NCBI GenBank assembly: GCA_037441385.1 | Contig: JBBISH010000016.1 | Coordinates: 1-64,000, forward strand | DNA: 64,000 nt | From: Myxococcales bacterium | Lineage (GTDB): Bacteria; Myxococcota_A; UBA9042 | Reading direction: 5' to 3' | Shown: positions 1 to 15,037 of the stretch, in pieces | Numbering within the stretch: the stretch's first letter is position 1 | Layout of the letters: the number at the start of each line of letters is the position of its first letter | Position numbers and translations under genes: made by a program | The notes under the pieces: model-generated | Seen by the model: only the letters and a program-made list of their open reading frames with translations | The model's database searches: none | Told to the model about the DNA's origin: nothing

Positions 1-1441
1 CCGTACCGTCGGGAATCGGTTGGCCTTGCTCGGTCACCGCCGCCGACGCCGACAGCACGAAATACTTGCGCTGCGGCGACATCGCCAGCCACTCGATCAC
101 GTGATTTTTCGCAGAGTTATCGTGTGGGTTGTTGGTGTAGTTCACCCAATCGCCGGGCTTGAGATCCGGCCCGATCTTGGCGACCGGCAAGCTCATCACG
201 TCCGTCCACAGCTTGTTGCCGGTGCCGCCGCACTTGGACTGCCCCACAAAGTACACCGTGCTGGCATCCGCGCTGAACCACGGCTCGTACTTGACCTCGC
301 CGTGTTGACCGGGCTGCAAGAATGGGCAATAGGCCTGGAGGTAGGCACCGGCGCCTGCGCCGCTCTCGACCAAATTGGCAAATACTCCGGGAGCTTCTGA
401 GCCGACCTCGTACTTGCGCACCCGCAGCCAGCGATCCCAGATCGAAAAGGTCACGATCAGCTTGCCGTCCATCGACACCGCCGCCGGATCGCTGTCGTGG
501 TACTCCGAACTGCTGCCCACGCACTTGACCCCGTCGAAGTTGGGGCAAATGTAGTCCACCTTTGCCAAGTTGCCCGCGTGCCACACGTACAGGGTTTGCG
601 AGCGAATCGTGGGCGACAGAAAGACCACGGTCGACGCGTCCGCGCTCACGCGGAAATAACCCTCGTAGGTTGTGTCGCCTTTGATCACGTCCTCGTCGGC
701 ATCGGGCGCCATCTTCGTCAACACCACATCGGCAAAATCCTCCGCGCCAAACGGCCCTTGGCGGTGAATGTCGTACTGGCACTTGCCCGTGCCCAGGCAG
801 TTCGCCTTCTGCGAGTAAAACAAATACTTGCCAGCAAAGGCCAAGTGCTTGACATCTTTGAGCGTGCCGAACTTGCCGATCTTCACGCTGAGGTCCGGCG
901 CCACCGTGCCCAGGGCATACGTGTACAGGCCCTTGTCGTTGGGCTGGCCCGTCGCCACCACCATGTACTGCATGTCGTCCGACATGAAGCAACCGTAGGC
1001 GCAGTTGTAGCCGCCCGCTGCGGCAAACGCGACCTTGGTCAACTCGAGCGCCGGCTGAGCGGCATCCAGCGGGCTTACACCGGCCTTGAACTTGCCGGCG
1101 GCGGCCGAGGCGGCGGGATTGAAGTTGCCGCTCAGGATCCGATCGTCGGGGTCGGTGCTCCCGGGAATTCGCGGGATGTGCGCGTAATTGACCCAGAACT
1201 CCTCGTCCGGCTTGGTCGCCTCTTGGATGACGTCGCTCTCGACCGTGTCCACCTTGGTGTCGGCTCCGTCCTTGCCGCTGCTGCTGTCGCTGACGGTGTC
1301 GGTCTTGCTGGTCGAGCTTCCGCTGTCCAGCGTCGCCGTTGCGGTCTCACCCGACGAACAACCGGCGATCGCCACGGCCGTCACACAGGCGCCTAGTTCA
1401 CGCAACCTCCAGTACTTGCGCGACAAACTCCACGTCACCAT
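1..1441 (-). CDS. Lipoprotein with Ser/Thr/Asp linker and a probable beta-propeller (TolB-like) body; 3' end runs off the window
   Basis: Absent from the ORF track because there is no stop in the window. Manual translation from ATG 1441 (GAGGAG 6 nt upstream): MVTWSLSRKYWRLRELGACVTAVAIAGC-SSGETATATLDSGSSTSKTDT... It has a lipobox IAGC, recurring motifs (VSADASTVVF, FSADASTVYF, VSMDGKLIV, MSPQRKYFV) and stays open to base 2. Confidence 0.8.
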   Translation of the reverse strand, partial: MVTWSLSRKYWRLRELGACVTAVAIAGCSSGETATATLDSGSSTSKTDTVSDSSSGKDGADTKVDTVESDVIQEATKPDEEFWVNYAHIPRIPGSTDPDDRILSGNFNPAASAAAGKFKAGVSPLDAAQPALELTKVAFAAAGGYNCAYGCFMSDDMQYMVVATGQPNDKGLYTYALGTVAPDLSVKIGKFGTLKDVKHLAFAGKYLFYSQKANCLGTGKCQYDIHRQGPFGAEDFADVVLTKMAPDADEDVIKGDTTYEGYFRVSADASTVVFLSPTIRSQTLYVWHAGNLAKVDYICPNFDGVKCVGSSSEYHDSDPAAVSMDGKLIVTFSIWDRWLRVRKYEVGSEAPGVFANLVESGAGAGAYLQAYCPFLQPGQHGEVKYEPWFSADASTVYFVGQSKCGGTGNKLWTDVMSLPVAKIGPDLKPGDWVNYTNNPHDNSAKNHVIEWLAMSPQRKYFVLSASAAVTEQGQPIPDGT

Positions 1442-1521
1442 CGCCATCTCCTCGCCGTGGGCCCGCAGGCCGCCGTCTTTGCGCCGCGATCAGACCTGGC
1501 CAATCGCGCATCCAAGCCCTC

Positions 1522-1550
1522 ACCCTAGAAAAACCTAGCAGAAACGTCAA
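1522..1550 (-). promoter_or_regulatory. sigma70-type promoter for the lipoprotein gene
   Basis: Minus strand TTGACG-17 bp-TAGGGT, about 80 bp upstream of the ATG. Confidence 0.6.
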
Positions 1551-1780
1551 CTAGCCCAGGTCGCCGCTTGGCGACCCGCCGCGGGCGCAATTTCGCGATC
1601 GCGGCGACTACCTGGTGTGCCCCTCGCAGGCAAAACGATGCCTGAATCGCGGAGAGCGGCGGCATTGTACCGTTAATATCCGCATGTTATCGACAACACG
1701 CCCGCAGGCGCGCCGACCGTGATCACGCGTCCAGGGCCGTTCACCGCCAACGGACCGATGCGACGTGCGACGTTTCCAAC

Positions 1781-1809
1781 TTGACACAATCGGCCTCAGC
1801 CCCTATTCT
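1781..1809 (+). promoter_or_regulatory. sigma70-type promoter (distal rrn promoter candidate)
   Basis: TTGACA-17 bp-TATTCT followed by a GC-rich discriminator (GCCTCCC). Confidence 0.7.
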
Positions 1810-2227
1810 GCCTCCCGTCAAGCCGCTCGGGGCCACGCGCCCCGACCGCAGCGGCAGGGCCCACGAGAGAAATCAGTCCGACATCTTGGCCTCGCTTTGA
1901 GCCTGGCCGCTGTGGCACGCCGTCCGGCGCCGCCAGAGTCCGACATCCCTCGCGAAAATCCGCTCCTTCACGTCAACTACACCGCTGCGGACCTGTCCGC
2001 TGCCAGACTCCTTCCGCCTCGATTGGTGGATTTCTGGTCTTGCGGTGTCCCGCGCCAACCTGGTCCTGCCAGCGTTGGCAGCGTGGCCAACTCGCTGCCC
2101 AAGCGTCAAAGTCGTTCTGCAGAGCGGCAACGGACTTCTCCGCTGCCGCACCAGGTTGCTTTGCACGGACCAATCGGTCTGCCGCAAGCGCCCCGGCGAG
2201 CCTCTCGAAAAACCACCCGACAGCCTC

Positions 2228-2256
2228 TTGACAGCGCCACCGAGTGGCATCACAAT
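2228..2256 (+). promoter_or_regulatory. sigma70-type promoter (middle rrn promoter candidate)
   Basis: TTGACA-17 bp-CACAAT followed by GCCGCTCCC. Confidence 0.65.
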
Positions 2257-2445
2257 GCCGCTCCCGCCGCCAAGGCCGCCGGTTTGTCCGGTCGCCCGGC
2301 GACGGCGAGGGACTGCCTGATTGCTTCGCTTCCGCGAACTTCCAGGTCTGTGTCCGGCCCGCCCATGGCGGACTGACGTGAAATGCCAAGCAGCTGCAAG
2401 CAAGACGAAGTCGGTGACGATTTCGAAAAATCTTCGCCGCAGGCC

Positions 2446-2474
2446 TTGACAGTCAGAAACGATGGCCGTAAGAT
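2446..2474 (+). promoter_or_regulatory. sigma70-type promoter (proximal rrn promoter)
   Basis: TTGACA-17 bp-TAAGAT with an AT-rich upstream tract (TTTCGAAAAATCTT), about 300 bp before the 16S. Confidence 0.75.
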
Positions 2475-2628
2475 TTCGGCCCCCGGGAAGCCTGAGCGGC
2501 ATCCCGAAGCGAAGCGAAAAGTAGAACGTCGGCTCCGGACCCTGCTGGGAACCCGGACTCGACCACTGCGAACTCGCAGTACCGCAGGCGACCTTGCGAA
2601 TCCTCGCAAGCCAGCCGGACAGGTCGTT

Positions 2629-2655
2629 CGCTCTTTGAAAACTGGATAGCAAGCA
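2629..2655 (+). promoter_or_regulatory. boxA-like antiterminator and 5' arm of the 16S processing stem
   Basis: CGCTCTTTGAAAACTGGATAGCAAGCA is complementary to TGCTTGCTATCCAGTTTTCAGGGAGCG at ~4432-4458. A second boxA-like GATCTTTGAAAAC lies at ~4825. Confidence 0.7.
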
Positions 2656-2779
2656 AAGACCAAATGTATTCGTGCGCCTGACGGTGTCTTCGTACACTTC
2701 AGGGTGCATTCGTACACATACGCGTTTGTGGGTTCACAACAATGTCGCGTTTCGGTCGTAAGACCGTAGCGTGAAACAT

Positions 2780-4327
<1,548 letters not shown>

Positions 4328-4531
4328 AAAGGAAAACAGGGAGTACTTCGGTACCTTCCCTCAGAACTCCACAAACGCACATCTACTCAACTAGATGGGG
4401 GCCGCAGTCCTCGGAGTGCGGCACCAGTCGATGCTTGCTATCCAGTTTTCAGGGAGCGACCGCTACGCGGTGCTTCTTGGTAACACGGGCCACGCCCGAC
4501 GCGCACAGGCCGCACAGCGGACGGTGTCTTC

Positions 4532-4608
<77 letters not shown>

Positions 4609-4684
4609 GCGTCGGGCCCGCAACCCCGAATCCCGCAGGACGAAGTTCTTGGGGGACGAGTTTCGGAGCAATCCGCGATTCATC

Positions 4685-4757
4685 GGGGCTGTAGCTCAGC
4701 TGGGAGAGCGGCGGCTTTGCAAGCCGTAGGTCAGGGGTTCGAACCCCCTCAGCTCCA
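4685..4757 (+). tRNA. tRNA-Ala (TGC), CCA not encoded
   Basis: GGGGCTG/CAGCTCC acceptor with G3:U70, anticodon loop TTTGCAA, T-loop TTCGAAC. Confidence 0.97.
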
Positions 4758-5054
4758 CTCGCCTGGGTTGGCCCGCGCGAAACGACAGAGTCAGTCTCCG
4801 AATCAGTCTCTAGCGGACCGATTCGATCTTTGAAAACCTGCTCATAACGTAGATAGACACACCGTTCCCAATCTGCCTTCGGTTCACGCCGGGGGTGGAG
4901 CAAGAACAGCGTAATGAACGCACGCATAGGTGTCTGCAGCAGACAGGGGCAACCCTGAAGCACACGAGGTCGGCCCATCCCAAAGGAGCAATCCGCGGGG
5001 TGCCGGTTGCGAGTCTCCGCTGCAGTCACGAGAACGATAGGATGCGAATGCGGT

Positions 5055-8018
<2,964 letters not shown>

Positions 8019-8146
8019 CCGCATTGGCATCAAATCGTTCTTGTGGCTGCAGCAGAGACCCGCAACGGGTCTGCCAGCCAAAGTGCAAAGCGTCCGAGCC
8101 TACGGGCCGCGTTCAACTCTATCTACGTTATCGAACAGGTCACAGT

Positions 8147-8264
8147 TTCCGGTGGCCATAGCGGAGAGGTTCCACCCGATCACATTCCGAACTCGGAAGT
8201 TAAGCTCTCCAGCGCCAATGGTACTTGATGGGAGACCGTCTGGGAGAGTAGGACGCTGCCGGAA
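8147..8264 (+). rRNA. rrf: 5S rRNA
   Basis: TTCCGGTGGC...CCGAACTCGGAAGTTAAG...GAGAGTAGGACGCTGCCGGAA with complementary ends. Confidence 0.97.
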
Positions 8265-8272
8265 TCTACGAT

Positions 8273-8326
8273 GAAAGGCCCCCGAGATCGCGCAACGCGT
8301 GGTTTCGGGGGCCTTTCGCATTTTTT
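8273..8326 (+). terminator. Intrinsic terminator of the rrn operon
   Basis: GAAAGGCCCCCGAGA / TTTCGGGGGCCTTTC stem followed by GCATTTTTT. Confidence 0.85.
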
Positions 8327-8373
8327 GCGCTTGGGGCTTGGGCCTTGCGGTGGCGCGTGGGCGGCCCTGCGGA

Positions 8374-8952
8374 TCAGCGGCGCCGACGCAGCAAGTGTCG
8401 ACGCAGCAAGTACAGCGTGAGCAGTACCGCGGCGCCGACTAGCACGGCGCCGACTAGCACAGCCGCGGTGGTGATGGCATACGCCTTTGGAACCATGGGG
8501 ATATGCGACGGCGGGCCTGGCAGGGCTTGCCGGAGGAGCGCGCTCCGGTCGCTCTGAAGCTGGGCTGCTCGGAGCGCTTCTTGCGGCCCTGGGTCGCGGG
8601 CGGCGACGGTCCACGGGTCACTGGCAAAGGTTCGGCCCAACTCGCCGCGCAAGGCGACGACGGCTTCGGCCGGCCAGTCATTCGGAGTGCGAATCGCAAA
8701 CCAGGGAGGATGGTCCGCCCGGGACAGGACGACGTCGCTACCGGGTTCACCTGTCCGACCGATCAGGACAGCAGCCTTGGGTTCCAGGCGTGCACCGCCA
8801 AGGGGGTGACTGTGCCCGTAGGGCAAGGCCGCCCACCGGTGCAACAGTTGCTCGATGGCGGCTTGAGCGGTCGGCGCCAGGACCAGCTCGCCCGACGGGG
8901 GGCGGTCTGGAGCCGGCACATGGGACGGCACTGGGCCAAGTGGCGCAGCCAT
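8374..8952 (-). CDS. Hypothetical protein with a C-terminal membrane anchor and basic tail
   Basis: Start overlaps the upstream stop (TGATG). Ends in a hydrophobic helix followed by LLRRHLLRRRR. Confidence 0.6.
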   Translation of the reverse strand: MAAPLGPVPSHVPAPDRPPSGELVLAPTAQAAIEQLLHRWAALPYGHSHPLGGARLEPKAAVLIGRTGEPGSDVVLSRADHPPWFAIRTPNDWPAEAVVALRGELGRTFASDPWTVAARDPGPQEALRAAQLQSDRSALLRQALPGPPSHIPMVPKAYAITTAAVLVGAVLVGAAVLLTLYLLRRHLLRRRR

Positions 8953-10772
8953 CAGGGTACCTCTGGGCGCGGCGCGGGCGCTTCAAGTTCGAGTAAACAC
9001 GGTGGGTTGGCGGTGGTGCCCGCCCAACCGGAGCAGCGGCGGCCGATGGCCTTGCCTAGCTCCAGGGTTGTTTGGGTGCCCAGCGCCGGAAGCGTCACCG
9101 AGCGGCGGTCGTTGGACAGCTGGGCTCCTGGGTGCGCGGTGCGCGTGATCGTCCAGGGGCAGTTGGGGTCGTTGTCCAGCAAGAACACGGTGCGATCGGT
9201 GTCTCCGCCGCTGTGGACCTGGAGCGAAAGAGTGACCTGGGCGGTGGCGGTGGGGTCGACGGGCAGTTGGAACGACTCGGGCATCGCCCGTGTATGGAGT
9301 GGCGCTCCGGGGCGAACGGTGGGCTGGCTCGAGGGCGATAGCCATAGTCCAGGAGTGATGGTGGTGCAGGTCCGGCCATTGGGGCCGTCGAGGCAGGCTT
9401 CGCCGCGGCTGGCGTCGACCCAGAGCGGAACCATGCGCCACCAGGTGGTCAGATCGGCGCGAACGGCCGCGGCTTGCCAGCCGGGCGGCTGCGGCTGGTC
9501 GCTCGGCAGGTCCAACACTTGTACGCCAAGGGGCGAGGGCGCCTGAAGCTGCCACGGGTGGCCCGGCGCGTCGACTTCGACCGCTCCGGCGAGACGCCTG
9601 CAGCCGTAGCCCTGGATCCGTGCCGCGCTGAGCGGGTAGGCCAAGCCGGCGACTTGGAGGGCATTTTGCACCTGGACCACCACCGGCCACGGGTGTCCCA
9701 CAGAAACGCGGCCCGGGCCGTGCAGCCCAGCGAATAGGGCTGCGGCGATCAGGGCGGGCAACGCCGTTGGCGCCCGATGTGCCGGCCAAGGGGCGAGCGT
9801 CACCGCGGCCACGCCCACGAGCAGGCTCGCGGTCAGGTAGCGCGGCTCAAGGGGCCGGTCGAGCAGGACCGTGCCGACTAGCAGGCCGCACGCCGACAGA
9901 GCAGACACGATGCAGAGGCCCAAGAGGGGGACCGATCGCCAGGAGCGCAGCAGCCGGCGGCTGGCCAGCGCAACCGCGAGCACGGCGCAGACGGCGGCGA
10001 GCGGCGGCACGGTCTCCCAGGCGGGGCGCAGGTTTTCGAACTGGGTCTGTGGGGCGAGCAATCCCGTCGCCGCCAAAAATCCAACCCCAAGCCACGCCAG
10101 GGCGGCAAGCGGCCTGGTGTCTGTGACCAGCACTGCGACCAACCAGGCAGCCACGCAGGGCCAGGTCGCCGGGTGGCTATCCGCTAGCAGCGCCAGCAAC
10201 GCGCCGTGAACCAGCGGGCCCCACGGTCTGGGCGGCGGATCGCTCTGCCAATGCAGCCACCATGCGATCGCCAGGGCCGTCAGCCACGGCCCCAGCGCCG
10301 GTGACCACACGGTATTGGGGGTGCGCTCCACCGCCAGCACGGCCACGGCAAGCACTGCCGCCCAAGCACTGGCTTGGGGGCGGTGGCGCTGGACTGCAGC
10401 ATAGATCAAGGCGACTGCCGCCGCGTCGCAGGCCAGCACGCACCAGGCAATGGCCGGCGTTGGCACCTGCATCGACCGCAGAAGCACCAGTAGGAACGGC
10501 CACAAAGCCCCGTTGTGCAAGCCAGCCAGGCTGGAGGCCGCCCCTTCAGCGGCGCAGTCGCCGCGGTCGACACAGTCGCGCGCGGCCAACAGGTCGCGCA
10601 AGGTGTCTGGATGGTCCGAGAGCGGCAGGCCGCAGTAGCCCACAACCGCGGCAGCCACGGCGCACCAGAGCCAAGGGCCCGCAGATTGCAGCCGTGCTTC
10701 CAGCGGGGCGAGACCTTGGATTGCCCTGCCCGCTTGGCCAGCCCAGGTGCGGACGCGTCCGGCTACCGCCAT
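8952..10772 (-). CDS. Polytopic membrane protein, GT-C (ArnT/PMT-like) glycosyltransferase candidate
   Basis: About 10-12 hydrophobic segments, an acidic motif after TM1 (DHPDTLRDLLAA), EPRYL in a late loop and a soluble C-terminal domain. Start moved to ATG 10772, downstream of the glnS stop. Confidence 0.6.
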   Translation of the reverse strand: MAVAGRVRTWAGQAGRAIQGLAPLEARLQSAGPWLWCAVAAAVVGYCGLPLSDHPDTLRDLLAARDCVDRGDCAAEGAASSLAGLHNGALWPFLLVLLRSMQVPTPAIAWCVLACDAAAVALIYAAVQRHRPQASAWAAVLAVAVLAVERTPNTVWSPALGPWLTALAIAWWLHWQSDPPPRPWGPLVHGALLALLADSHPATWPCVAAWLVAVLVTDTRPLAALAWLGVGFLAATGLLAPQTQFENLRPAWETVPPLAAVCAVLAVALASRRLLRSWRSVPLLGLCIVSALSACGLLVGTVLLDRPLEPRYLTASLLVGVAAVTLAPWPAHRAPTALPALIAAALFAGLHGPGRVSVGHPWPVVVQVQNALQVAGLAYPLSAARIQGYGCRRLAGAVEVDAPGHPWQLQAPSPLGVQVLDLPSDQPQPPGWQAAAVRADLTTWWRMVPLWVDASRGEACLDGPNGRTCTTITPGLWLSPSSQPTVRPGAPLHTRAMPESFQLPVDPTATAQVTLSLQVHSGGDTDRTVFLLDNDPNCPWTITRTAHPGAQLSNDRRSVTLPALGTQTTLELGKAIGRRCSGWAGTTANPPCLLELEAPAPRPEVP

Positions 10773-10803
10773 GATCCAACGCCAAGCGCGGCCGCAGGTG
10801 CCG

Positions 10804-13089
<2,286 letters not shown>

Positions 13090-13148
13090 GGGAACCTCGC
13101 GCCCATGGCCGGGCGGGACGGTAGCATAGCGATGCAAAGTGAATTCTT

Positions 13149-13940
13149 CTAGCGACCGCGGAACTGCGGGGGTCGCTTGGCCAGCAGCGCCTCGACCCCT
13201 TCGCGGGCGTCGTCGGTCTGCAGGGTGGTCGCCTGGGCAAAGGCTTCGCGCCACGCGGCGGCCCGCGGATCCCAGCCCAAGTTCTGGTAGATCGACCGCT
13301 TCATCAGGCGCACAGCGATCGGCGCCGAGCGGGCAATGTCGGCGGCCAGCGCCAGCGCTTGGGGCAGCACTTGATCGGCCGGGACCGCGCGGTTGAACAA
13401 TCCCCAGGCCGCGCCTTGGTCGCCCGAGATCAGTTCGCCGGTCATGAGCAGCTCCATGGCCCGTGGCACGCCGATGAAACGCGGCAACAGGTCGCTGATG
13501 GCCAGGCCAGACGAGATGCCCAACTTCGCAAAATTGGCGCCGTAGCGCGCTGTGCTGCTGGCTACCCGCAAGTCGCAGCACAGCGACAGGCCAAAGCCGC
13601 CGCCGACCGCGTGGCCTTGCAGCGCGCCGATCACGGGCACTTCCACGTCGATGAGACTCAGGAACGGCGCATACATCGCGTACGAGCGCTCGCCGGTGGT
13701 GCGGCCGTGGCCTTCGCGCTGAACCGCGGCGCGGAAGTCGGCGCCGGCCGAAAAGCAGCTGCCCGTGCCCGTGACCACGACGCAGCGTAGATCCTCGTCG
13801 GCGCGGAGTTCGGCGACGCGCCCGGCAAACGAATCCAGCAGCTCGGGCGTCATGCTGTTGCGGTTGTCCGGCCGATTCAGGCGCAGAACGGCGATCGGGC
13901 CGGATTTTTCGATGACGACGGCCGGCTCGGGGCTGGACAT
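13149..13940 (-). CDS. Enoyl-CoA hydratase/isomerase family protein
   Basis: LRLNRPD, FSAGAD, PVIGALQGHAVGGGFGLSLCCDLR, AMELLMTGE. Confidence 0.93.
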   Translation of the reverse strand: MSSPEPAVVIEKSGPIAVLRLNRPDNRNSMTPELLDSFAGRVAELRADEDLRCVVVTGTGSCFSAGADFRAAVQREGHGRTTGERSYAMYAPFLSLIDVEVPVIGALQGHAVGGGFGLSLCCDLRVASSTARYGANFAKLGISSGLAISDLLPRFIGVPRAMELLMTGELISGDQGAAWGLFNRAVPADQVLPQALALAADIARSAPIAVRLMKRSIYQNLGWDPRAAAWREAFAQATTLQTDDAREGVEALLAKRPPQFRGR

Positions 13941-14015
13941 GCGCTTCTCGTACCGGATCCGTTCAAACCGGATCCAAGGCTCGGGCATTTCTTTGGGCCC
14001 GAATTGGGGGGCGGA

Positions 14016-14891
14016 TCACATGGCGGCGGCCGCCGACGCGTCTCCGTACAACAAACGGCCGCCATCGTCGAGTGCGTCCAGAGTCTGGTAGCGACGCTGC
14101 GCGGGGTCCAGGACCCACACCCGCCCGTCGCGACTGGCAAAACGTACCCACGCGTGACTGAACCAGCCCGCCACGAACTTGCGCTCGAGCGACGCGGTCC
14201 CCTGCAGCCAGCCCTGATCGGCCAGACGCTCCAAGATCGCGCCGACAAAGCAGACTTGGTGGCGGCAGACGCCGCCCTTGGCGTGCAAGAACAGGTCCAG
14301 GTCCACCGGCTCGTCGGGCTGCAACACGCCCAAACGCTCGAGTTGGTGCACCGCGGCCTCGTCGTAGGGCATGTAGGTCGCCACCAACTCGGCCACGTGG
14401 CGCGCCAGGTTGTCGTTGAGATCACGGCGGACGTCGGCTGCTTCGCGGACGCCGCAGATCGCCTGGACCCAGTCGTCGTAGACCTGGCGCAGGGTGCTGC
14501 CGGGCCGGCGCATGTCCACGACGATCGCCTCGCGCGGCTTGCGGCCAAAGTAGATACCGCCGTCGACCCGGCTGCCCGAGCCGATCACCTGCCAGCCACA
14601 GTAGTAGCCGTACGGCGACCCAGGGCCGTCGCTCGGCTCCAATTTTCCAGCATTGCTGAGCCGTTGCATGGCGATCACGGTGTTGCCGGCGCGGGCGCGG
14701 TCAAAGCGGTGCAGCGCCTCGACGCGCAGGGGATCGCTGCTGCTTAAGCTGGGGAGCACCCCGGTGCGGTCGTCACTTTCGTCGGCCAAACGCGTGTCAA
14801 AACCGCCCGATTGCGACCAGTTACGCAAGTTGCCCCAGGTCCGCACGGGGAGTGGGTCGCCAAGGTGCACGTCGCGGTCGCGCTCGATCAT
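14016..14891 (-). CDS. Transglutaminase/cysteine-peptidase-like protein
   Basis: Putative Cys-His-Asp triad: GVCRHQ ... HAWV ... VLDP. Confidence 0.7.
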   Translation of the reverse strand: MIERDRDVHLGDPLPVRTWGNLRNWSQSGGFDTRLADESDDRTGVLPSLSSSDPLRVEALHRFDRARAGNTVIAMQRLSNAGKLEPSDGPGSPYGYYCGWQVIGSGSRVDGGIYFGRKPREAIVVDMRRPGSTLRQVYDDWVQAICGVREAADVRRDLNDNLARHVAELVATYMPYDEAAVHQLERLGVLQPDEPVDLDLFLHAKGGVCRHQVCFVGAILERLADQGWLQGTASLERKFVAGWFSHAWVRFASRDGRVWVLDPAQRRYQTLDALDDGGRLLYGDASAAAAM

Positions 14892-14949
14892 GGCGACAGC
14901 CTACGCGAATGGCCGGGCCCAGTCCAATCGCCCGCGCGCGCCTGGGGTG

Positions 14950-14978
14950 TTGACGTCCTGCTGCGGCCTTGCCAGCAT
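14950..14978 (+). promoter_or_regulatory. sigma70-type promoter candidate for the zinc-ribbon gene
   Basis: TTGACG-17 bp-CAGCAT, about 60 bp before the ATG. Confidence 0.45.
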
Positions 14979-15037
14979 CGCAGCCGCTTGCGTCCGCCGT
15001 GCCGTGCGGTCGCCGCAATTTGCGAGGAGAGTTCACC

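Noticed and set aside
1687..1695. DnaA-box-like TTATCGACA suggesting oriC
   Set aside because: A single mismatched box with no cluster, no unwinding element and no dnaA nearby.
13090..13581. 165-aa N-terminal extension of GlnRS in the ORF track
   Set aside because: It overlaps the enoyl-CoA hydratase gene in another frame, and an SD-preceded ATG at 13089 gives the normal N-terminus.
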